Of a stretch of 64,000 nucleotides of DNA, positions 55,059 to 64,000 are shown piece after piece; the first letter of the stretch is position 1; each line of letters starts with the position of its first letter. The stretch covers positions 194,432,001 to 194,496,000 of the forward strand of contig OZ024742.1 of the NCBI GenBank assembly GCA_964016885.1, read 5' to 3'. Made by a program: the position numbers and the translations under genes. Below the pieces are notes generated by a model. That model had not been told where the DNA came from. It saw nothing but the letters and a program-made list of their open reading frames with translations, and ran no database searches. This stretch comes from Eledone cirrhosa. Lineage: Eukaryota.

Positions 55059-58000
55059 TCCTTGAATCTCAGTCATTGATGTTGGTTAACTGGAAAGTCC
55101 GTTGGAATGAATATCAAGCCACTACCTGCAGCCTCAGATATTCAGGACGTATCGGAGGGTTCTTGCTATTCCAAGCAAGCATGCCTTTTGAAGCGTTCCA
55201 AAAAGCGTGAAGGGGCCGATTTTCTTTAACCATCCCTGGAAACTTTTGGAGATAGTCTCCAGTGCGCCTATGACAATCGGGATCACTTTGACTTCATGGC
55301 AGTTCCAAATCCTTTTCACCTCCCACTTTAGGTTCTGGTATCGGTTAATTTTCTCCCTCTCCTTCTCTTGCACTCTCGTGTCGAACGGGCAGGCCACATC
55401 CACAATCAGACACGATCTTTTTTCTTTGTCCACAACCACCAGGTCAGGTCTATTGTATTCCAGTTTTTTGTCCGTCTGTATCCTAAAATCCCACAGCACC
55501 TTCACCTGATTGTTCTCCATCACCGCCTCCGGCCTATGCTCATACCATTTCTCAGAATGTGGTAAATTGTTTACTTTGCACAGGTGCCAGTGGATCACCC
55601 TGCCCATCACATCGTGTCTCCAGCCCTTATAGTGGGTCTGGGCTAGGTGTTTACACTCGGACACAATGTGAGCCACAGTCTCCTCTCTCTCTCCACAGAT
55701 CCTGCACAGTGGGCTAGCCTCCTCCTTGTAAATATGGTGCTTCAACCACTTCGTTTTGAGGGCCTGCTCCTGCGCAGCCATTATCATTCCTTCTGTAGAC
55801 TTTTTGAGGTCTCCTCTTCTCAACCAGTTCCATGTCTGTGGATCTCTAAATTCAGTTTTCTCAAAGAAGGTACTATGAAGGGATTTTCCCTTAAGGCTGC
55901 TCTTCCTCCTTGATGTTATTTCCTCCTTGGACATCCCCTGGCCTACTGTCCCCTCCTTCAGTACAGTTTTGAGCATTGGCTCCTTACTATAGGTCACGTA
56001 TTTGTATAGGTTGTTTTTCTCCATCTGAACACAGTCCTCTATGCTGATAAGACCTCTTCCACCCTCAGATCTCCTTAGGTAGAGTCTATCGACATCACTC
56101 CTCTTGTGGAACATGTTGTAGATAGTCAATAGCTTCCTAGTCTTCCTATCCATTTCTTTTTGTTCAGCAACATTCCATCTCAGAATTCCCGCACTGTACC
56201 TAATAATAGACACAGCTCGGGAATTTACTGCGCTTATGGCATTTCTGCTGTTCAGATGTGACTTCAATACGCTCCTTACTCTCCGAATGTATTCAGTTCT
56301 TAACAATTCCTTCATTTTTTTGTTCTTTATGCCATCAGCCTCCAGAACGCCCAAATACTTGTATCCTTCCTCAGAGTCAATTTCCTTTATCATCTCACCT
56401 GTTGGTATCTGGATCCCGCTACTTCTGCTCAACCTACCCCTCCTCATCACAATGACTCCACATTTACCAATACCAAACTGCATACATATATCACTGCTGA
56501 AAATACGGACAGTGTCAACAAGCACATCCAACTCCTTCTCACTTTTCCCGAAGAGCTTAAGATCGTCCATGAAGAGGAGGTGATTGATGGTAAGCTCTCC
56601 CCTTGCCAACTTGTATCCTGCTCTCACTTTTCGCAGCATAATGGTCAAGGGCATTAGGGCAAGGACAAACAACAGAGGGGACAGGCTATCTCCCTGGAAG
56701 ATAGCTCTCTTGATCTTCACGCTTCCCAAGGATACTCCAGTTGATGTCAACTCTGTCTCCCAGGACCCCATACTCCTGCCCAGCAACTGTCTGATGTTAT
56801 CTGCCACCCTGAAGATCTCCAGGCTTTTGGTGATCCAAGAATGAGGCACCATGTCAAATGCCTTTCTGTAGTCTATCCATCCCATGGCAAGATCAGTGTG
56901 TCTCCTCCTGCAATTCCCCATTACCATCTTATCAATAAGTAACTGGTCCTTTGTACCACGTGACTTCTTTCGGCATCCTTTCTGTTCGTCCGGTAACAAG
57001 TTGTTTGTGCGGAGGTGATGGTAGATTTCCTCAGACACAATGCTCGTCAACAGTTTCCACATTACGGACAGACATGTGATAGGTCTATAGTTGGTAACAT
57101 CATTACCCTTGATTCGGTCTTTCATTATCAGAACTGTGGTACCTTTTGTCAACCACTCTGGCACCTCACCCGACACCAAGCAGTCATTGAACATGGCCGT
57201 CAGCTTCGGGTGGAGGGATGTTAAATGTTTAATCCAATACCCCTGCACACCATCTGGGCCGGGTGATTTCCAGTTGGTTAGTTTTTTGGCCTGCCCCTTA
57301 AGAGTTTCAACTGTGATACTCAAATCAGTTTGTTGTTGTGCCTGCTCACCGAACTCCCTCTGTACTGTCTCAATCCACCCTGCCTGGGCATTATGTCTAA
57401 CATCCTGCTCCCATATTCCTCTCCAGAATGTTTTAGTTTGTTCCGCCCCAGGGATCAAGTCGTTGCCTCTTTCTTTCCCCTCAAGCTGTCCAAACAGCAT
57501 CTTCTGGTTGTTGTCGAACATGCGGTTCTGTTTATACTGACTGACTCTGTTCTCGTATCGCCTGATTTTGGCACTCTTTGCTACAATGCGTTGCTTCAAT
57601 TCCTCTATGATAATATTTAGCTTTTTACTCCTAGTTTTGTATTTTATTTCCAGTCTATTTTTAGTGCCTATGTTTTTTAGTGTCCCATTCAGTAGTGACT
57701 CAAGCTTTCCTATGTAATTTCTCATTTCCCCGATTTGCCCACTCAGTCGCTTCTTCCACCACGTCTCTGCTCTTTCTTGTCTGTTGTTTCCTCTCGCTTT
57801 TATACCAAGTAGTTTCCTCACCGTATTTGCTGTTGCTTTGAGGATATTGTTGCACTGGTGAAGGCTCCTCGCCTCAAGGTATGGGATGACTTTGTTTACC
57901 TTAGCTGTTGTTTCTTTTAACTTTTTCCTGTCTACAAGTCTTAGGTTCATAGGTCTCCCACTATCATTGTTCAATTCATCTACCACTAAATTTAGGATGT

Positions 58001-58547
58001 CAACCGAATCTTGTCCTAGCCCGTCAGCATTCATCTCCTCAGTGGCCGTATCTCTGTTCCAGGTATTATTTATCTCAGTATTCAGATCATTGTCTGCTTC
58101 GGGTGGTTCCTCCGTTCTCAGGACCTCTTCACCTTCATTTCCCACTGGCTCGCTTGTCTGGCATACTACACCCGCCATCTCCAAGCCATTCTCTCTGCTC
58201 AGTTCCTCCAGTTCCAGCTCGCTTATCCACCCATTAGTTCTTATTACCCGAGCCTGCCCGGCCAATTTTTGTTCAACCAATCTCGTTCCAGATGTTATGC
58301 ATCCGTCTCCTGTAGCCCCTCTCCTTGGGGTTACTTTTCAGGTAGCATTGCATAACAGTTCTATTCAATTCTTTCGTCCAGTTGGTTCTGGTCCCTTTCC
58401 TTCTTCTTCTTCCTCCAACATCAGCAGTATTTGGTTGACAGTCAGCTTCCTGCTGCTGAGCCAGGGGGCACCTGTTGGGTGAGAGTCTGTCACATGACGT
58501 TCTAGTCTCCATTTCACCGTTATTCGAACTGTTTATGTTCGATATTT
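55059..58547 (-). mobile_element. R4/Dong-type retrotransposon, family B copy 2 (near complete; 5' UTR may extend to the (ATT)n at 59190)
   Basis: 3' end followed by (AAT)n on the element strand; contains the 1048-aa ORF and the upstream N-terminal fragment 58273-58512. Confidence 0.93.
55134..58280 (-). CDS. Reverse transcriptase + CCHC + restriction-like (PD-D/ExK) endonuclease, R4/Dong clade; N-terminus cut off by a 14-bp deletion
   Basis: 1048 aa open: WKSPGPDG, NYRPITCL, WIDYRKAFD, IFQGDSLSPLLF, LFMDDLKL, YKYLG, CRICGEREETVAHIVSEC, RHD, RPDLVV...IVDVACPFD...KEREKINRY. Confidence 0.93.
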   Translation of the reverse strand: MVEQKLAGQARVIRTNGWISELELEELSRENGLEMAGVVCQTSEPVGNEGEEVLRTEEPPEADNDLNTEINNTWNRDTATEEMNADGLGQDSVDILNLVVDELNNDSGRPMNLRLVDRKKLKETTAKVNKVIPYLEARSLHQCNNILKATANTVRKLLGIKARGNNRQERAETWWKKRLSGQIGEMRNYIGKLESLLNGTLKNIGTKNRLEIKYKTRSKKLNIIIEELKQRIVAKSAKIRRYENRVSQYKQNRMFDNNQKMLFGQLEGKERGNDLIPGAEQTKTFWRGIWEQDVRHNAQAGWIETVQREFGEQAQQQTDLSITVETLKGQAKKLTNWKSPGPDGVQGYWIKHLTSLHPKLTAMFNDCLVSGEVPEWLTKGTTVLIMKDRIKGNDVTNYRPITCLSVMWKLLTSIVSEEIYHHLRTNNLLPDEQKGCRKKSRGTKDQLLIDKMVMGNCRRRHTDLAMGWIDYRKAFDMVPHSWITKSLEIFRVADNIRQLLGRSMGSWETELTSTGVSLGSVKIKRAIFQGDSLSPLLFVLALMPLTIMLRKVRAGYKLARGELTINHLLFMDDLKLFGKSEKELDVLVDTVRIFSSDICMQFGIGKCGVIVMRRGRLSRSSGIQIPTGEMIKEIDSEEGYKYLGVLEADGIKNKKMKELLRTEYIRRVRSVLKSHLNSRNAISAVNSRAVSIIRYSAGILRWNVAEQKEMDRKTRKLLTIYNMFHKRSDVDRLYLRRSEGGRGLISIEDCVQMEKNNLYKYVTYSKEPMLKTVLKEGTVGQGMSKEEITSRRKSSLKGKSLHSTFFEKTEFRDPQTWNWLRRGDLKKSTEGMIMAAQEQALKTKWLKHHIYKEEASPLCRICGEREETVAHIVSECKHLAQTHYKGWRHDVMGRVIHWHLCKVNNLPHSEKWYEHRPEAVMENNQVKVLWDFRIQTDKKLEYNRPDLVVVDKEKRSCLIVDVACPFDTRVQEKEREKINRYQNLKWEVKRIWNCHEVKVIPIVIGALETISKSFQGWLKKIGPFTLFGTLQKACLLGIARTLRYVLNI

Positions 58548-59189
58548 AAACACTCTTATCGAGGATTGGCGAATGTATGGTTACATAGCCATCTGTGGAT
58601 CCGCCATCCCACTTGCCCCTTGTGTGGCATTATCACCTCGCTGTATACGAACACACATAAACAAACTAACACACAGGCAGAAAGGGCCCCAAAAATGAAT
58701 AAGCATAAGTTTCATTGTAATGTAGTGTTCGAATGTCTGACTTAGTTTTTGTTTTTTAAGTTTTAGTTTTTTCCCCCTCTTCTCTGTCCGTCCGCCTGCT
58801 TCTCTCTTCATTCTTATTTTCTTTACGTTTTGGGGGTTTCTTTTTTTGTTTTTGTTTTTCTCTGTTTGTTTTTCTCGTTTTTGCTGTTGTTGCTGTGCTG
58901 CTTTGGTTTTGTTGTTTGTTTTTTCTTTTTTCTTTTGAGTCTATCTATATATTTTGATGCCTTCCTCTTTGTTAGTAGTAGGAATTCTATAATGTGGAAG
59001 TAGCAGCCAGCAGGGAGAAGTGGGATACTGGCGGCGGTAGCGATACTGAGACAGTGGTGGTGGTGATGTCGATACCGAGGCAGTGGTGGCGGTGATGTGA
59101 CCGTATTACTGTAGTGATGGTGCTGTAGCGGTGGCAGCAGTGAAGGAGTGAAGGGGTGGTGGCGGCGGTGATGGGTAGTGGCGGCGGTG

Positions 59190-59238
<49 letters not shown>

Positions 59239-59239
<1 letters not shown>

Positions 59240-59423
59240 TGCGCTTTCTCCACAAATGTCCCTCCGAAGTCTCCCCCCTATTGGGGAATTTTTCATTGTT
59301 ATTTTTTTCTTACATCCTCTGTTTTTGTTTTTTACTCTTAGAAATACCCATTTGTACCGTCCTGTATTGTCCTGCACTGTCCTTAATGTCTACTTTATGT
59401 AAACCCTTGTGGTTAATAAATAA
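59239..59423 (+). mobile_element. Tx1 3'-UTR-only insertion (severely 5'-truncated), close to the copy 1 UTR
   Basis: gctttctccacaaatgtccctccgaagtctcccccctattgggg...aaacccttgtggttaataaa matches the reverse complement of ~1225-1405; (ATT)n on both sides (59190-59238, 59424-59480). Confidence 0.9.
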
Positions 59424-59480
<57 letters not shown>

Positions 59481-62400
59481 GGCGACCTACGTAGTAAATC
59501 TTATCATCGTGAGCTCCGCAAATGTTTGTTATTTTCAGTTGTTTAAAATTTTCATTTATGGAAAATCTTTTATTGTTAACTGTATATAAGTGCACATATA
59601 TTGTTATCTGAAAAGGACACCCAAAAAGATTGGGGCCTTGAACCCAAAATTTAAACTTTTATAATTATCAAACAAAAATTTTTCTTTGTAAAATCATGGA
59701 CGACTCAGAGTCACTCCTTCCTCACAAACTAACACCTCACACCGATACCACCATTGTAAATATTACTACGTTTCCCAACACTAAAAATATAAGCAGTAGC
59801 AATATTTTAAATTTGTCTCAGGCAGACATGCATTTCCCGCCATTACCAATGACTGCATATGTTAAAGCCGCCACCACCACCACCACCACCACCACCGCGA
59901 CAACAGAAACGAAAGAAAAAAATAAATTAACTCGTGATTATCGAAATGAATTCAACCAAAATGAACACCACACCGAACACCACTGACGCCACCACCACCA
60001 CAACTGAAACTAAAATTAATAATAACAAAAATAACGATAACAACAGCAGCAACAATGACATTAAGAAAACCACCCTGAGTTTTGCCAGAGTAGCAAAACA
60101 GTGCGATGCATTTCAGGTAACTCAGGAGGAATTAGAAGAAGCAAAAAAAAAAGTAAAGAAAGATGGGTACAGGGTCAGCCCCCCCCCCCCCCCCCACTCC
60201 ACACCTAATAAGATGGAGCATCGGCGCCTATGCACCGTGTCTTATCGAACAATTAAAAATCGCGCCGAGTGGAATGGGCATCGGAGTCCCAAATCCCAAA
60301 AGCTTTGGGACATGTGTGGGCAAAAAAAACCCACATCAGACGTGGGCAGAAATATGGAACCGTGGACGTGTTCTTTGAAACACCACAGGAGGATAGAGAA
60401 CACTCCATGGCCCAATTAAGAAGTGACGACTTCATACTCGTCCCAAGCTATTGTGGCCAGAGACTCGTAAAGATCAGGGTGACCCACGTTCCACCGGCCA
60501 TCGACATTCCCTGGCTAATAGATGCCGTCCTCGCCGGCATCGAAGCCAACACCAGGAGAATCGAAATAGCGAAAGAAAAGCAGTAGAACTGGTCCGGATC
60601 TGGGATGGAGCTCCTGATCCAAGCGGACCAAAAAAGCATTGAGGAGATCCCAGAGGTAATAGACCTCACTGACGGCAGCCACCTCACCGTGATCGTCGAG
60701 GGCAGAAGGCCTAGGTGTGTCGTTTGTGGTGAAGGAACCCACCTAATGGCTTTCTGCCCTCAAGCTAAAAGGTTGAGGCCACCTCTCTTACCCACTCCAG
60801 TGACTCAACCAACAACACCACCAGCAGCAGAGATGGCAGCAACAACTGTAGCAGCAACAACAGAAACAACTGTAACAGCAACAACCCCAGCAACAGTAGC
60901 AAAATCAACACCACCACCACCCAACGCGCCAGAACTAGCACCAGCGCCTACCCCATCCACCACGCCACAACCAAAACCAACGCCTGTGGAGGATTTTCCA
61001 CTCCCCGGCCTCTCACAACTGGAGACAGATTGTGACGACGAGGAGTGGGAAACGGTATCAGGAAAAAAGAAAAAAAGAATCCAAAAAAGAAAAACATTCT
61101 CTTCACCCCCCCCCCCCTCCATAAACAAAATACAGAGGGAAACAAATAAATTATCAAACAAAAAAGTTAGGACAGATATGCCACCATCCACACGAGCATC
61201 ACCAACACCATCACCATCATTAACCCTAACACCACCGTCACCAACACCACAAAAGTCACCAAAAAGCGAAACAGAAACAAACCCACAACAAACGCAAACA
61301 AAACAAAACAACCAAAACGATACACACTACACAGCATTAAATTTGAACAACAACCAATTATTACACTAAAGCCAACACAACACCAGCATCACAGAAAATG
61401 ACTACACAACAACCCAAAAATTCACACCACCTCCACACATACAAATCAGTCGCATCACACAGAAAACGTAAACGACACTAAAACAAAAATTCCGCAAAGA
61501 CATCGGAGACTTCCGACAAACACTCTCCAGGAGGATTTATAAGGACATCCTACTGGAGGAGGCCACAAGCAGTGAAAAGGATGGAGAAACCATCCTTCCT
61601 CAACGAGAAGTAAGGTAAGTGGTATTTCCCATCTGTTCCACTCCATTTCAACATGACATGACTCAGAATAGGCAGCATAAATGCGCGTGGCTTGGGGTCG
61701 TCATGGAAGCAGGGCCACCTACTCAACGACCTCAGGTCAGTAAACATAAATGTAGTGGCCATCAGCGAGACCAGAATCTCCGAAGCACGGGCCATCTTCC
61801 TGGACCCAGAAGGTAAGTTGGTGGTGCTAGACGTGACCAGCGGATACGGGCAAGCTTTCAAGCTAGTGGCCGTCTATGCCCCGACAGGAGCAGGGCGGCC
61901 TGATTTCTTCCGGCGTCTGGAGACCGTTCTTGGAACGTCCCGCTCCTTAGTATTAGTGGGCGACTGGAACGGGATCTTAGATGCACGCTGGGACTGTGTG
62001 GGATCAGCGGGGGGAGGAGGGTGCAAGAGCCTCACCGACCTGTTCAGGCGTTTTGAACTGTCTGGCAGGTACCGATTGAATTTCCCGAATGTGCCAATGT
62101 GGACTTGGACAAATCGCATAGGGTCATCCAGATCATATTTAGATGGAGTATTCTGTAGGGAAATAGATAGGTCTAGCATAGGCTGTCCACAATTCAAGAT
62201 AGTCAGCTGCACGGACCACAAATTCGTGATCTGTGTGCTTGATTTAGATATGCTTCATAGTGAGTACCCGGCTACTGGAAGCTAAACGCGTCCTTACCAG
62301 CGCGCAAGGCCTACAGAGACCTGATTGGCGAACTAGTTAAGCGGGCGTTGACTGGAGCCATCGTTAACAACAAGTGGTGGTTTGCTCTGAAAAGAGAAAC

Positions 62401-64000
62401 TAGAATAGAGTCCATTAGGTTTAGTAATGAGGGGACGAAAGCCGTTCAATTGGCCCCAGTGGCGGCGGCGCGTCATGGCAACAAGTTCCAGTCTTTGGTG
62501 GACTACGACGGGCGCATGCTACTCGATCCCGGGCAAATGTGTGAAGCTTTTCAGCGACACTTCGCACAGCTGTTCGGGGGGAGCGGCGGGCCGGATCGAG
62601 GGATGGACTTTAGTGTCTACCTCGACGGACTGCCGCGGCTCTCGGCCACTGAGGCGGAGTGTTGCGAAAAGCCGATAACAGCCGCTGAAGTACGGGAGGC
62701 AATGACTGGCTGCACAAGGGGTAAATCGCCTGGTTTGGATGGTCTGTCCTATGAACTTTACATACAGATTCCAGACTTGTTCGGAGGCCTCTTGGCGGAC
62801 GTCTACTGCAACTGGCAACAGACCGGAGAATTCCCAGCTCTGTGAGCCGAGGAGCTGTGGCGCTGCTGAGAAAGGATCCGAACAAGGGGGTTAACATAGA
62901 TAATTTCAGGCCCATAGCTCTGCTAAACACAGAGTTGAAGATTTCGGCCAAGGTGCTAGCAATGAGGTTGGCGCTTGTCGTTGGTGGTCTGGTGGGAGAG
63001 GCGCAGATATGCACCATTCCCGACAGATCCATCCGCAACATCCTGCACCTCATGCGATACATCGTAGAGAGGGTAGCTAGGGAACCTGGAACTGGTGGGT
63101 CCTTGATCAATTTAGATCAGTCGAAAGCTTTCGATAGGGTCGACCATCGTTACCTAGCGGCAGTCCTGAGGGCGGCTGGCTTTGGGCCCGTCTTCAAAGG
63201 CTGGATCGTTGCCATGCACAGCGACATCTGCTCTGTGGTGATAGTGAACGGTCACCTTTCGGAACCGTTCAACATCATGCGCTCGGTCCGCCAAGGATGT
63301 CCCCTCTCGTCCCTCTTGTACGTATTGACTCTTGAGCCATTACTGCACAAACTGGAGACGTTGAGTGGGGTCCCGCGCGAACTAGGATGCGGAAGATCCG
63401 TGTCAGCATATGCGGACGATGTCATCGCAGTGGTGTCGTACGTCAAACACATCGAGGCGATCGGCACTACACTAAGAGAATACGAAGCGGTGACAGGAGC
63501 AATGACCAACCAGGAAAAGTCAGTGGGCCTGCAGCGCGGCACCTGGAGAGGCTGGTCCATGCCGTCCAACAGCGTCGTCGGGCGCTTGACGGACGGGACG
63601 AGGACAATAACTGGGACGAGGTGACGAGGAGGGTGGCTTCTCTCACCCAGAAATGGGCGGAGAGGAAGCGATACCTGAAAGGTCAAGCGGAGGTGGCTAA
63701 TGCGTATATCGCGTCAGTCATCTACTACCGCCTTACCGTCGTACCTGATCCTAAGCCCCCCCCCCCCCCTGACTGCGCTGGAGCGTTTGCTCTTCCGCTT
63801 TTTGTGGAAGGGACGCGCTCCGATGGTCAGGCGGTCCATCTGCTGTCAACACCCGCTACGTAGAGAGCTGGGCATGCCGTGGCTGATGATGCGCAGACAC
63901 GCGCTCAGGCTACAACATCCCCACCTCTTCCTCGACGGGGATCAGGTGTGGTCTCCGTTTGCTAGACACGAATTTCCCCAGCTCGTCTCATTGACCGAGC
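59481..64000 (+). mobile_element. Tx1/L1-clade non-LTR retrotransposon, copy 3 (runs off the window end)
   Basis: Begins GG directly after (ATT)n; ORF1 from ~59696 with CVVCGEGTHLMAFC knuckle; ORF2 from ~61652 with APE and RT (NFRPIALLN, LDQSKAFDRV, RQGCPLS, YADD); internal deletions and frameshifts. Confidence 0.93.

Noticed and set aside
57091-58482. Long plus-strand ORFs opposite the Dong ORF (and similar antisense ORFs over Tx1, Penelope and Helitron)
   Set aside because: Antisense shadows of TE coding sequence with no independent motifs
58550-58660. HDV-like ribozyme in the Dong 5' region
   Set aside because: Plausible position, but the nested double pseudoknot could not be built on the sense strand by eye; needs a descriptor search

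Overview
AT-rich eukaryotic (animal) genomic DNA packed with microsatellites ((TA)n, (TG)n, (TC)n, (TATC)n, (ATT)n). The repeat landscape and the abundant ~185-bp tRNA-derived SINE suggest an octopus/cephalopod genome (inference). No host protein-coding gene could be supported; most listed ORFs are translated microsatellites or antisense frames. Recognisable content is almost all mobile DNA: three long and two short Tx1/L1-clade non-LTR retrotransposon copies, three R4/Dong-type (restriction-like endonuclease) copies including a 1048-aa open RT-RLE frame, a Penelope element with ~920-bp direct repeats plus Penelope remnants, a decayed Rep/Hel Helitron, a head-to-tail dimer of non-autonomous Helitrons, an RTE-like fragment, many SINEs and a U6 snRNA pseudogene inside a fold-back. 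Most notable: (i) an ~18-kb train of six retrotransposons from two mechanistically different clades, each separated by remnants of an (ATT/AAT)n microsatellite, with clade-specific opposite orientations; (ii) a sibling Tx1 fragment sitting instead in (TATC)n; (iii) an ORF1-swap junction in one Tx1 copy; (iv) degenerate hammerhead-ribozyme motifs; (v) many inverted duplications.
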